A DNA stretch of 64,000 nt from an uncultured Solirubrobacterales bacterium (GCA_963743345.1 CAVUPW010000016.1:506-64505), one strand, 5' to 3'. Shown: positions 32,170-42,059, counted from the first letter of the stretch. The notes: generated by a model from the sequence alone, not told the origin. Program-made: numbers and translations.

Positions 32170-33471
32170 GTGAGCGCCCGCAACCGCGAACTTCTCGGGC
32201 TGATTCCCGCCTCCCTGCTCGTCACCGCGGGTTTCGCCGGCGTGTTCATCCAGCGCTCGAACGCGCTGTCGAACGTGTCGCTCACCTATGGCGCGGTGTT
32301 CCTGGGCCTGTGCATCGCCGCCCACGTGTCCATCCGCATTACGCTCCCGCGCGCCGACCCGTACATGTTCCCGCTGGCGGCAGTGCTGGCCAGCTTCGGG
32401 CTGGTCGTGGTGTACCGCATCAGCCCCACGCTGGCGCGCCAGCAGGCGCAGTGGTTCGTGCTCGGCCTGGTCCTGTTCGTGGGCACGATCATCGCCTTTC
32501 GCGACTACCGCAAGCTCGAGCGCTACCGCTACACGATCGTCTTCGCCTCGCTCGCGCTGCTCCTGCTGCCGCGCCTGCCCGGCATCGGCTATCAGGCCAA
32601 CGGCGCCTACCTGGGGGTGCGCATCCCGGGCCTGTTCGTGTTCCAGCCGGCCGAGTTCGCCAAGATCGGCCTGGTCCTGTTCCTGGCCAGCTACCTGCGC
32701 GACACGCGCCAGGTGCTGGTTCAGGGCGGGCGGCGGGTCCTTGGCATCACCTTCCCGCCGATCAAGCACTTCGGGCCGGTGCTGGTGATCTGGGGCATCG
32801 CGATGCTGATCATGTTCGTCCTGCACGACATCGGCTCGTCGCTGATGTTCTACGGTGGCCTCCTGGCCGTCCTGTACGTGGCCACGGGGCGGGCGTCGTT
32901 CGTGGTGATCGGGCTGCTTGCATTCATGCTCGGGGCCTGGTACTTCGGCACCCACATCCCCCACGTGCACGCGCGGGTGGAGGATTGGCTGCATCCGTTC
33001 AACCGCAGGCTCTACAACCAACCGCTCGGCAGCTACCAGATCGCCAACGGGATCTTCGCTCAGTCCGCGGGCGGGTTGTTCGGACAGGGATTTGGGCGAG
33101 CTGCGTTGACGCTGCCGGGAGGCGGCCTGCTCTTGCCGGCACCCCAGACCGACATGATCTACGCGGTGATCACCGACGAGCTCGGGCTGTTCGGGGCGGC
33201 GGCGGTGCTCATCACCTACCTGCTGTTCGTGGCCCGCGGGTTCAAGACCGCCCTGCTCGCCCGCGACTCGTTCTCGACGCTCCTCGCCGCCGGTCTCAGC
33301 GCGATGTTCGCCCTCCAGGTGTTCGTGATCGTGGGCGGCGTGACGCGAGTGATCCCGCTGACCGGGGTGACGTTGCCGTTCATCTCCTACGGTGGCTCCT
33401 CGATCGTCGCCAATCTCGTGCTTGTGGCGCTCCTACTCCTGATCTCCGACCGCGCCCGGAGGCCCGAGTGA
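32170..33471 (+). CDS. rodA: SEDS family protein RodA
   Basis: FQPAEFAKI, HDIGSSLMF, GGLFGQG, IPLTGVTLPFISYGGSS. Paired with pbpA. Confidence 0.9.
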   Translation: MSARNRELLGLIPASLLVTAGFAGVFIQRSNALSNVSLTYGAVFLGLCIAAHVSIRITLPRADPYMFPLAAVLASFGLVVVYRISPTLARQQAQWFVLGLVLFVGTIIAFRDYRKLERYRYTIVFASLALLLLPRLPGIGYQANGAYLGVRIPGLFVFQPAEFAKIGLVLFLASYLRDTRQVLVQGGRRVLGITFPPIKHFGPVLVIWGIAMLIMFVLHDIGSSLMFYGGLLAVLYVATGRASFVVIGLLAFMLGAWYFGTHIPHVHARVEDWLHPFNRRLYNQPLGSYQIANGIFAQSAGGLFGQGFGRAALTLPGGGLLLPAPQTDMIYAVITDELGLFGAAAVLITYLLFVARGFKTALLARDSFSTLLAAGLSAMFALQVFVIVGGVTRVIPLTGVTLPFISYGGSSIVANLVLVALLLLISDRARRPE

Positions 33472-34898
33472 GCACTCCGATCGTCCGGCTGTTCGCGGTG
33501 GTGGTGGCGCTGTTCGCGTTGCTCGTTGTGTTCACCTCGCGCTGGACGGTGTTCGAGGCCTCCTCGCTGAACAACAACCCGCTGAACGTGCGCACGCTGC
33601 TCGACGAGCTCCAGATCAAGCGCGGGCGGATCTTGGCCGCCGACGGCAAGACCGTGCTGGCGCGCTCGGTCCCCGCTCCCGGGCACACGTGGAATCGCTT
33701 CTATCCGACCCGGCAGCTGTTTGCCCAGCCGGTCGGCTACTCGATCGCCGCCCAGGGACGGGCGGCCGGGCTCGAGCTCTCCGACGGGCCGGATCTGCGC
33801 GGGGTGCAGACCGGCCTGAGCTCGGTCTTCGGGCCGCTCAGCCCGCGGCCGGTGGGCGACGACGTCTACACGACGCTGGACGCGAAGGCCCAGCAGGTGG
33901 CGGTCCAGCAGCTGGCCGGCCGGACTGGATCGGTGGTGGCGCTCGACCCGCGGACGGGCGCCGTGCTGGCCATGTACGCCAATCCGTCCTACGACGACAA
34001 CCACCCGGACCCGAACCGGTGCAGCGACCCGCACTGCCTCGTGAACTACTCGACCCAGGCCGCATGGCCGCCAGGCTCGACGTTCAAGGTGGTGACCGCG
34101 GCGGCCGCCATCGACAGCGGCAAGTACACGCCCAATTCGGTGATCAACGGCGACTCGCCCAAGCTGATCTCGGGCGTCCCGCTCCAGAACGATGGCAACC
34201 AGAGCTTCGGCAACATCGACCTGACCACGGCGCTGACCAACTCGGTCAACACGGTGTTCGCCCAGGTGGCGGAGCATGTCGGGCGCAGGACGATGACCGA
34301 CTACATGAAGCGGTTTGGGTTCTACGCCAAGCCCCCGCTGGACTATCCGCCCTTCCAGCTGAGGGCGAGCTTCCCGGTCGACCCGCACGGGCATCCCTAC
34401 CCGCCGGGGAGTCCGAACGAGGACATCGGCCGGATCGGGATCGGCCAAGGCGGGCTGCTCGTCACCCCGCTGCAGATGGCCATGGTGGCCGCCGCGGTGG
34501 CCAACGGCGGCAAGCTGATGGCGCCCCACCTGACCGACAAGGTGGTCGATCAGGACGGGCGCACCGTGAAGACGATCGACCCGAAGGTCTACCAGCAGGT
34601 GATGAAACCTTCCACGGCGCAGGCGCTGTCGCAGATGATGCGTCGTGTGGTCGAAGAGGGAACCGGACAGCCCGCCCAGCTCGGCGGCATCTCGGTGGCC
34701 GGCAAGACCGGCACCGCCTCGATCGGAGCCACCGGCTCGGGTCTCACCCAGCCTTGGTTCATCGGCTTCGCACCGGCCGAGAACCCGAAGGTGGCGGTGG
34801 CGGTGACTATCGCGCAGACCCAGGGGGGCTTCGGCGGCAGCGTGGCCGCCCCGATCGCCAAGACCTTGATCCAGACACTGCTCGCCGAGGGGAAGTGA
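33468..34898 (+). CDS. pbpA: Class B penicillin-binding protein PbpA
   Basis: RGRILAADG, PGSTFK (SxxK), SVN (SxN), KTG. The GTG start overlaps the rodA stop. Confidence 0.92.
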   Translation: MSTPIVRLFAVVVALFALLVVFTSRWTVFEASSLNNNPLNVRTLLDELQIKRGRILAADGKTVLARSVPAPGHTWNRFYPTRQLFAQPVGYSIAAQGRAAGLELSDGPDLRGVQTGLSSVFGPLSPRPVGDDVYTTLDAKAQQVAVQQLAGRTGSVVALDPRTGAVLAMYANPSYDDNHPDPNRCSDPHCLVNYSTQAAWPPGSTFKVVTAAAAIDSGKYTPNSVINGDSPKLISGVPLQNDGNQSFGNIDLTTALTNSVNTVFAQVAEHVGRRTMTDYMKRFGFYAKPPLDYPPFQLRASFPVDPHGHPYPPGSPNEDIGRIGIGQGGLLVTPLQMAMVAAAVANGGKLMAPHLTDKVVDQDGRTVKTIDPKVYQQVMKPSTAQALSQMMRRVVEEGTGQPAQLGGISVAGKTGTASIGATGSGLTQPWFIGFAPAENPKVAVAVTIAQTQGGFGGSVAAPIAKTLIQTLLAEGK

Positions 34899-36907
34899 TG
34901 GCAGGCCTCGGCCCCGGGACCATCGTCGACGACCGCTACAAGATCATTTCGCGGTTGGGCGCCGGCGGCATGGCCGACGTGTTCCTGGCCGAGGACGAGC
35001 AGCTCGGGCGCAAGGTTGCGCTCAAGCTGCTCTACCAGCGCTTCGCGGAGGACCCCGGCTTCGTCGAGCGGTTTCGCCGCGAGGCGCAGGCGGCCGCCGG
35101 CCTGCAACACCCCAACGTGGTCAGCGTGTACGACCGAGGCGCCTTTGACGGGACCTACTACATCGCGATGGAATACCTCCCCGGCCGCTCGCTCAAGCAG
35201 CTGATCCGCCAGGAGGCGCCACTTGACCCGACTCGCGCCATCGACATCACGCTGCAGATCCTCAAGGCTGCCCGGTTCGCCCACCGCCGCGGCGTGATCC
35301 ACCGCGACCTCAAGCCGCACAACGTGATCGTGGACGACTCCGACAACGCCAAGGTGACCGACTTCGGGATCGCCCGGGCCGGTGCCTCGGACATGACCGA
35401 GACCGGCTCGATCATGGGCACCGCGCAGTACCTCTCGCCCGAGCAGGCCCAGGGCCACGCGGTCAGCGCCGGCTCCGATCTGTACTCGATCGGGGTGGTT
35501 CTCTACGAGATGCTCACCGGGCGGGTTCCGTTCGACGCCGAGTCGGCGGTCACGATCGCGCTCAAGCACGTATCGGAGGCGCCGCCCCCGATGACCGTGA
35601 TCAACCCGGACATCCCGCCCGAACTCGAGCAGGTAGCGATGTGGGCGCTCAACAAGAACCCGGTCGACCGCCCGGCCAACGCCGATCAGTTCATCACCGC
35701 GCTCGAGCAGGCCCGGACCGCCATCAAATCAGGCGAGCGCGGGCAGCGCACCGCGAGCATGGCGGCGCTGGCCGGCGTGGCGGCCGGCCGGTATGCGGCC
35801 ACCGCGGGCGCCGTCGAAGCTCCGCCGCCGGCACCGCCGCCGCGCGGAACCGGACCGTTCGACGTGATCGACGACGGGCTCGAGCCGCCCGAGGAGGAGC
35901 CATCCCACCGTCGCCGGCTGTGGCCGTGGGTTGCGCTCGTTCTCATACTTCTGCTGGCCGGCGGCGGGGTGGCTGCCTACCTGATCCTGCGCCCGGCCAA
36001 GACAGTCGTCGTTGGCGTGGTCGGCGAGGATCTGAACACCGCCCGAACGCGGCTGCAGAACGAGAGCTTGGCGGTGGGCGCGCCGATCCAGGTGACCAGC
36101 CCGAAGAAGGCCGGAACCGTGATCGCGCAGGACCCCCAGGCCGGGACCAAGGTCAAACAGGGGTCAACGGTCTCCCTCACGGTCTCCTCAGGGCCAGGCA
36201 ACCAAGCCGTCCCGACCCTGGTTGGCGAGACGGTCGGCCAGGCCAAGTCTTCGCTCCAGGTGGCCGGCCTGAAGCCGGGCCACACCATCGAGCAGTCGAG
36301 CACCTCGATCGCGTCCGGCCGGGTCATCGACTCGAGCCCGGCCGCCGGCACCAGCGTGCCGATCGGCAGCAACGTGACGCTGATCGTTTCCACCGGCCCG
36401 CCTCCCGTGCAGGTGCCCGATGTCACCACCGAGGACGTGGGGCAGGCCAAGGCCACGCTGCAGAGCCGCGGCTTCAACGTCGCGACCAGCGACGAGGTGA
36501 CGACCACCGCCACGCCGGGCACCGTGCTCAGCCAGAGCCCGTCCGGCGGCAAGTCCGTCCCCAGCGGCTCGACCGTGACGCTGGTGGTGGCCAAGGCGCC
36601 GCCCACGGTGGCGGTCCCGAGCGTCACCGGCAAGACGAGCGGCGCGGCCAAGGCGACGCTGGGAGCGTCCGGGTTCCCGGCCGCCGTGCAGCAGCAGACG
36701 GTGAGCAGCCAGAGCCAGAACGGGCTCGTCCTCAGCCAGAACCCGGCCGCCAACACCCAGGTCAAGAAGGGGGCGAGCGTGACGATCGTGGTCGGCAAGT
36801 ACGTGGCGCCGACGCCGACGACCACCACGAGCACGACGACGCCGACGACGCCGACCACGGCGACCACGCCGACGGGCACCACCTCCACGCCCAAGAAGAC
36901 GACGTGA
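34898..36907 (+). CDS. pknB: PASTA-domain Ser/Thr kinase PknB
   Basis: LGAGGMADV, HRDLKPHN, TDFGIARA, GTAQYLSPEQ, a TM helix, four PASTA-like repeats and a Thr/Pro tail. Confidence 0.94.
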   Translation: MAGLGPGTIVDDRYKIISRLGAGGMADVFLAEDEQLGRKVALKLLYQRFAEDPGFVERFRREAQAAAGLQHPNVVSVYDRGAFDGTYYIAMEYLPGRSLKQLIRQEAPLDPTRAIDITLQILKAARFAHRRGVIHRDLKPHNVIVDDSDNAKVTDFGIARAGASDMTETGSIMGTAQYLSPEQAQGHAVSAGSDLYSIGVVLYEMLTGRVPFDAESAVTIALKHVSEAPPPMTVINPDIPPELEQVAMWALNKNPVDRPANADQFITALEQARTAIKSGERGQRTASMAALAGVAAGRYAATAGAVEAPPPAPPPRGTGPFDVIDDGLEPPEEEPSHRRRLWPWVALVLILLLAGGGVAAYLILRPAKTVVVGVVGEDLNTARTRLQNESLAVGAPIQVTSPKKAGTVIAQDPQAGTKVKQGSTVSLTVSSGPGNQAVPTLVGETVGQAKSSLQVAGLKPGHTIEQSSTSIASGRVIDSSPAAGTSVPIGSNVTLIVSTGPPPVQVPDVTTEDVGQAKATLQSRGFNVATSDEVTTTATPGTVLSQSPSGGKSVPSGSTVTLVVAKAPPTVAVPSVTGKTSGAAKATLGASGFPAAVQQQTVSSQSQNGLVLSQNPAANTQVKKGASVTIVVGKYVAPTPTTTTSTTTPTTPTTATTPTGTTSTPKKTT

Positions 36908-37905
36908 GACGAGCTCGCGTCGCGGTACTCGGGGGAGGCCGCTCCTCCGAGCACGAGGTTTCGCTCGCCTCCGCGGAGTCGGTCCGCGCCGGCCTCCGAG
37001 ACGCCGGACACGAGCCGATCGCGATCGCGATCGGGCGCGACGGCGTGTGGCGGCGGGATGGCGCCGTGTTGGCGGTCAGTCCCGGGCAGGGCCTCGAGGG
37101 GGTCGACGTGGTGTTCCCGGTGCTGCACGGGCCGTTCGGCGAGGACGGAACCGTGCAGGGACTGCTGGAGTGCCTCGACGTCCCCTACGTGGGCGCCGGC
37201 GTCCTGGCCTCGGCGCTGTGCATGGACAAGGTGATGTTCAAGGAGCTGATGACCAACGCCGGCCTGCCGCAGGTCGAGTACCGCGCGGTCCGGGCTCAGG
37301 AGCTCGCGGCCGACCGGGCGACGGTGCTCGCCCGCCTGCAGGCCCTGGGTCTTCCGGTGTTCGTCAAGCCGGCCCGGCTCGGCTCCTCGGTGGGCATCGT
37401 GCGGGTGGCGAGCGCCGAGGGGCTTCCGGACGCGCTGGCCACCGCATTCGAGCACGATTCGCTGGCCATCGTCGAGGCTGCCGCCCGGGGTCTCGAGGTC
37501 GAGTGCTCGGTGATCGGCAACGGCGATCCGGTCGCCTCCGAGCCGGGCGAAATCGTGCTGGCCGACGGCGAGGCGGGCTGGTACGACTACGAGGCCAAGT
37601 ACACGCCGGGCGGGATGCAGCTGGTGGTGCCGGCGCGCGTGCCGGCCTGGACGCGGGAGCGCATCCAGGAGATGGCCATTCAGGCGTTCCGGCGGACCGC
37701 GTGCAGCGGGCTCGCCCGGGTCGATTTCTTCATCGATGGGGAGCGAGTGCTGCTCAACGAGCTCAACACGATGCCCGGCTTCACCGCCACCAGCGTGTTC
37801 GCGTCGCTGTTCGAGGCCAGCGGCGTGCCCTACGCCGAGTTGCTCGACCGCCTGGTCCAGCTCGCCTTCGAGCGCCACGCGGCTGAGCGGCGCCATCAGC
37901 ATTGA
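36904..37905 (+). CDS. ddl: D-alanine--D-alanine ligase
   Basis: GGRSSEHEVS, LHGPFGEDG, CMDK, KPARLGSSVG, YDYEAKY, NELNTMPGFT. Confidence 0.95.
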   Translation: MRRARVAVLGGGRSSEHEVSLASAESVRAGLRDAGHEPIAIAIGRDGVWRRDGAVLAVSPGQGLEGVDVVFPVLHGPFGEDGTVQGLLECLDVPYVGAGVLASALCMDKVMFKELMTNAGLPQVEYRAVRAQELAADRATVLARLQALGLPVFVKPARLGSSVGIVRVASAEGLPDALATAFEHDSLAIVEAAARGLEVECSVIGNGDPVASEPGEIVLADGEAGWYDYEAKYTPGGMQLVVPARVPAWTRERIQEMAIQAFRRTACSGLARVDFFIDGERVLLNELNTMPGFTATSVFASLFEASGVPYAELLDRLVQLAFERHAAERRHQH

Positions 37906-37950
37906 GCGTCCCGAGCCGGCCCCCCCGCGCCGGCGAGCGGATCGAGGCCA

Positions 37951-37995
37951 ATAGGGGTCGGGGGGATGTGGAAAACCGCTCGATTGGCGCAGCGA
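37951..37995 (-). repeat. Inverted 45-bp copy of the oriC DnaA-box segment
   Basis: Reverse complement TCGCTGCGCCAATCGAGCGGTTTTCCACATCCCCCCGACCCCTAT versus 9551-9596 TCGCTGCGGCCAATCGAGCGGTTTTCCACATCCCGCCCACCCCTAT: one indel and two substitutions. Confidence 0.85.
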
Positions 37996-38011
37996 TTCCT
38001 AACCTAAGCCT

Positions 38012-39535
38012 CTACCGCGAAAGGCGGTACAGCGCCACCTCGTTGATCGCCCCGAGTTGCTTGCCCGGCGGCAGCGAGGTCATCCACACCAGGTAGTAGC
38101 GGTAGCCGGTCTTGCCGGGGCTGAGCGGGATCGGCTGCCGGCGCTGTACCGACGGGATGTCGGCCAGCTTCGTCCAGCCGCCCGGGCCGGTGTTGAAAAC
38201 CTCCGGATCGGGCGGCGTGTCGCTGCCCCAGATCTGGGCGTGGTAGCCGGGCGTCTGCGTGTAGAGCACCAGGTCGCGGGCGAGCAGCGCGCGTCCGACG
38301 TCGACGTACAGCCCGACGCCGGCCTTGCCGAACGTGCCGCTGTAGTAGTGCTCGGTCAGCCAGGCGGTGCTGACGTTGCCGTCGATGGCGAACCCCACCA
38401 GGTTCGGGTTCTGACTCTTCGGTCCGCTGACCGCGTCGGGGTTGTAGTCGTGCACGCAGCTCGGGCAGGGACGGATCTGAACCTGGTGGGCCGCCGGCGG
38501 CTGGACGTCGAGCTTGGGCGCCTCGTGATGGGTGCGGGTGGCCAGCAGCCACGCCACCACGCCGCCGGCGATGGCCAGCGGCAGCAGCATCAGCACCACG
38601 GCCCGCGCGCGGTGGCGGATCCGGAACGGGACGCGGCGCCGGGTCTGGGATGGCAAGGTCTTGAGGACGCTCGTGACCTCCCCGGTGGCGCTGCCGGCGC
38701 GCGCGGTCTCGATGGCCAGCACGTCCTCCAGGTCGGCGATCAGCTCGGCGTCGTCCGCATGGCGGTCCTCGACGCGCTTGGCGGTGGCGGTGTCGACCAC
38801 CGAGGCCAGCGCGGCGGACACCTCGGGTCGCTTGAACTGCACGTCGGGGAGCTGGTCGCGGACGTGCTTCATGGCCACCGCGACCTGGTTCTCGCCCTTG
38901 AACGGAACCTCGCCGGTGAGCATCTCGTAGAGCACGATGCCCAATGAGTAGAGGTCTGACTGGCCGGTCACCGGCCGCCCCAGCGCCTGCTCGGGAGACA
39001 CGTAGTCGGTCGTCCCAAGCACACGACCGTCGGCGGTCAGCCCCTCCTCGTCGAGCGTGCGGGCGATCCCGAAGTCGGTGACCTTGGCCGAGCCCTCCTC
39101 GTCGATCAGCACGTTCTGGGGCTTGACGTCGCGGTGGACGATGTGGCGGGCATGGGCGGTGCCGAGGGCCCGCGCGATCTCGATCGCGTAGGCCACCGCC
39201 TCGGTGATCGGCAGGCGGCCGTTGCGGCGGATGCGCTCCTTGAGCGTCTCGCCCTCCACGTACTCGAACACGATGTACGGGCGCCCGTCGTCCTCGCCGT
39301 AGTCGATCACGCCCACGATGTGGGGGTGCGAGAGCTGGGCCACCGCCCGGGCCTCCCGGCGAAAACGCTCGAGCTGGTCGGAGTCGGTGGCGATCTCGCG
39401 GTTCATGAGCTTGATCGCCACCTGGCGCTGGAGCGTCTCGTCCGTGGCCCGGTACACGGTCGACATCCCGCCCGCGCCGATCCGGGCCTCGAGCCGATAT
39501 CGGCCGTTGAGCGTGGTGCCGAGCAGCGTGCTCAT
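38012..39535 (-). CDS. Ser/Thr protein kinase with a TM helix and an extracellular beta-sandwich domain
   Basis: IGAGGMSTVY, HRDVKPQN, TDFGIAR, GTTDYVSPEQ; C-terminal AIDGNVSTAW..RYYLVW..INEV, discoidin-like. Confidence 0.9.
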   Translation of the reverse strand: MSTLLGTTLNGRYRLEARIGAGGMSTVYRATDETLQRQVAIKLMNREIATDSDQLERFRREARAVAQLSHPHIVGVIDYGEDDGRPYIVFEYVEGETLKERIRRNGRLPITEAVAYAIEIARALGTAHARHIVHRDVKPQNVLIDEEGSAKVTDFGIARTLDEEGLTADGRVLGTTDYVSPEQALGRPVTGQSDLYSLGIVLYEMLTGEVPFKGENQVAVAMKHVRDQLPDVQFKRPEVSAALASVVDTATAKRVEDRHADDAELIADLEDVLAIETARAGSATGEVTSVLKTLPSQTRRRVPFRIRHRARAVVLMLLPLAIAGGVVAWLLATRTHHEAPKLDVQPPAAHQVQIRPCPSCVHDYNPDAVSGPKSQNPNLVGFAIDGNVSTAWLTEHYYSGTFGKAGVGLYVDVGRALLARDLVLYTQTPGYHAQIWGSDTPPDPEVFNTGPGGWTKLADIPSVQRRQPIPLSPGKTGYRYYLVWMTSLPPGKQLGAINEVALYRLSR

Positions 39536-39550
39536 CTCGTAGTGCGTATT

Positions 39551-40375
39551 TTGCGCGAGATCCATCTCGTCCACATGTACTACTACACGGATCCGATGTG
39601 CCCATGGTCCTGGGCGCTCGAGCCGGCCCTGCGCAAGCTGGCCGTAGAGTTCGCCGGCGGGCTCGAGGTCAGCTACGTGATGTGCGGGATGGCCCGGGAG
39701 GTGGGCGACACCGCGCCGTTCGTCACCCAGATGCTCGAGGCCTCGGACGCGAGCGGGATGCCGGTCGATGCCCGGCTGTGGCTGGCGGCCCCGCCGCGCA
39801 GCTCGCATCCGGCCTGCCTGGCCGTCAAGGCGGCGTCCGAGCAGGGGGACCCCACGGCGTACCTGCGCCGGCTGCGCGAGGGCCTGCAGTGCCGCCGGCG
39901 CAAGCTCGACACGGCCGACGCCCTGATCGAGGAGGCGCGGGCGGTGGGGGGGCTGGACGTCGAGAAGCTGCGGCTCGGCCTCGCCTCGCACGGCGTGTTG
40001 GAGGCGTTCGCCGCGGACCTCGATCGCTGCGGCGCCGTCTCGCCCGAGCACTACTCGTCGGGGTCAGACCGGGTCAAGCTGCCCTCGCTGGAGTTTGTCG
40101 GCGCCGCCGGCTCCGTGCACTGGGTCTACGGTCCGTCCGACTACGAGAAGCTGCACGAGGCGGCGGCGGCGGCCGGCGCTGGGGCGGCCGGGGACGGCAG
40201 CCCGCTCTCGGTAGAGGGGGCCTTGCGGCGCTTTGGGTCGATGGCCACGCCAGAGGTGGCGCTGGTGTGCGATCTGCCGGGGCCGCGGGCGCCTGCCGAG
40301 CTGTGGCGGCTGGCGCTCGAGTGGCGGGTCCGGGCTGAGCGGCTCGGCACTGGCTACCTCTGGTCGCTCGCGTAG
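39551..40375 (+). CDS. DsbA/YjbH(SpxH)-like thioredoxin-fold protein
   Basis: YYTDPMCPWSWALEP (CxxS), SSHPACLAVKAA, YLRRLRE. Confidence 0.8.
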   Translation: MREIHLVHMYYYTDPMCPWSWALEPALRKLAVEFAGGLEVSYVMCGMAREVGDTAPFVTQMLEASDASGMPVDARLWLAAPPRSSHPACLAVKAASEQGDPTAYLRRLREGLQCRRRKLDTADALIEEARAVGGLDVEKLRLGLASHGVLEAFAADLDRCGAVSPEHYSSGSDRVKLPSLEFVGAAGSVHWVYGPSDYEKLHEAAAAAGAGAAGDGSPLSVEGALRRFGSMATPEVALVCDLPGPRAPAELWRLALEWRVRAERLGTGYLWSLA

Positions 40376-40481
40376 GCCGGAAAAGTCCTCACTCGCGCCC
40401 CGCCGTGAGGTGAATTCAGATTCACCCGGCCATAGTGCGGTGAACGACGCACTCGAGCGGTGGTGGATGTCGAGTGCGGCG

Positions 40482-41339
40482 TTATCCGTGTTGATCGCGG
40501 CACAGGCGGCGGATGATCAGTCCCGCCAACCCGATCCGGTAGAGAGCGTAGGGCAGCAGCGAGCTGTCGCGTTCGAGAGCACGGATCAGCCGGGTCGAGC
40601 CGAGCGTCGAGACGAACGCGGCCAGGGCGCCGGCCGCGAACGGCACCGCCGCCCCCGGCGGCAGCCCCCGCGCATGGAGCCGCACGCCCTTCAACAGGGT
40701 GGCGCCCGCGATGATCGGCAGCGCGGCGTGGCGCGACAGGCGGTTGGCGTCGACGCGGGTGAAGCGCCGCCAGCGCGCCGCGGCGAGCGTGGCGCCGTTG
40801 CGCGAGACGCCGGGGATGAGGGAGCAGGCCTGGGCCACGCCCAGCCACAGCGCATCGGTCGCGCCGGCCTCCTCGTGCGAGCGCTCCTGGGGCGAGCGGT
40901 CGGCCGCGGCCATGGCGATTGCGCCGGCGAACAAGCCGACGGCGACGGTCGGCGGGGTGCCCAGATGCCGCTCGATCCAGCGCTCGAACCGGTACCCGAC
41001 CACCGCGGGCGGGGCGAACGAGAGGCCGATGAGGTATACGCGGCGCAGGCTCAGCCCGCGCACGGCGTCCTCCACCTCGGGGCGCAGGCTGATGAGCAGG
41101 GCGGCCGCGGTGCCGGTGTGGAGCGCCACCTCGAAGGACTTGCGCAGCTCGTCGTCGAGCCGGCTGTGGTTCCAGCCGGCCAGCCACGGCACCACCGCGA
41201 TGTGACCGGAGGAGGAGATCGGCAACAGCTCGGCCGGCCCGTGCAGCGCCCCGAGGGCGACTGCCTGCCACACGGGGAACTCGTCGGCGGGGGGCGAGCC
41301 AGTCGGCAGATCCTCCACCGAGCCGACCGCGCGCAGCAC
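40482..41339 (-). CDS. uppP: Undecaprenyl-diphosphate phosphatase
   Basis: GPAELLPISSSGH, LHTGT, SLIPGVSRNGAT. Confidence 0.88.
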   Translation of the reverse strand: MLRAVGSVEDLPTGSPPADEFPVWQAVALGALHGPAELLPISSSGHIAVVPWLAGWNHSRLDDELRKSFEVALHTGTAAALLISLRPEVEDAVRGLSLRRVYLIGLSFAPPAVVGYRFERWIERHLGTPPTVAVGLFAGAIAMAAADRSPQERSHEEAGATDALWLGVAQACSLIPGVSRNGATLAAARWRRFTRVDANRLSRHAALPIIAGATLLKGVRLHARGLPPGAAVPFAAGALAAFVSTLGSTRLIRALERDSSLLPYALYRIGLAGLIIRRLCRDQHG

Positions 41340-41343
41340 CGGT

Positions 41344-41988
41344 CTAGGCCACAGCCGTCGGATCGCCGCGACGCGAGCGCGTGATGCGGACGATCAGCCA
41401 GGCGACCGCCGCTACCAGCAGCGCCGCGGCGACGTAGTCGACGTACTCGAGGTTGTGCCGCCAGCTCTGCCAGTTGCTCCCGACCGCGTTGCCGAGCACA
41501 CCCAGGGCGCTGATCCAGACGATCGAGCCGATCGTGGCGAAGGCCAGGAAGCGCGCGTAACCCATCCGCGCGACGCCGGCGGCGTACGGAAATGCCGCGC
41601 GCGCGAACGGGATGCAGCGCGACACCACGATCACCGGCGCTCCGTAGCGCTCGAACCAGCCATGCGCCCGGTCCAGGCGCTGCGGGGAGATGTGCAGCTT
41701 GTTGCCATGCTGCTCGACCAGCTCTCGGCGCCCCCAGTACCCGATCGCGTAGGCGATCGACGCACCGAGCATGTCGCCGAGCACGCCGAACACGATGATC
41801 CCGAACAGCGACAGGTGGCCCTCGGAGACGTTGAAGCCGGCGAACAGCATCGTGGGCTCCGATCCCGGCACGCCGATCACGCCCGACGTCAAGGTGAGCA
41901 GCGCAACGCCGGCCAGCCCCAGGTCGCGGATGATGTGCGTGGCCAGGGTGACCAGCGAGTCGGTGACGGACGCAAGGGCTAGCAGCAC
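41344..41988 (-). CDS. DedA family membrane protein
   Basis: VPGSEPTMLFAG, GASIAYAIGYWG, WFERYG..SRCIPFAR..AGVARM. Confidence 0.9.
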   Translation of the reverse strand: MLLALASVTDSLVTLATHIIRDLGLAGVALLTLTSGVIGVPGSEPTMLFAGFNVSEGHLSLFGIIVFGVLGDMLGASIAYAIGYWGRRELVEQHGNKLHISPQRLDRAHGWFERYGAPVIVVSRCIPFARAAFPYAAGVARMGYARFLAFATIGSIVWISALGVLGNAVGSNWQSWRHNLEYVDYVAAALLVAAVAWLIVRITRSRRGDPTAVA

Positions 41989-42059
41989 CGCGGGCAAGCG
42001 TAGCGGTCGGCCCCTAATCGGCTCCAAGCCGCGAAATTAGGGTTTCCTCACCCGGCGCC

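Noticed and set aside
36904-37905. VanA-type D-Ala-D-Lac ligase
   Set aside because: The omega-loop YDYEAKY is typical of D-Ala-D-Ala ligases, and there are no vanH or vanX neighbours.
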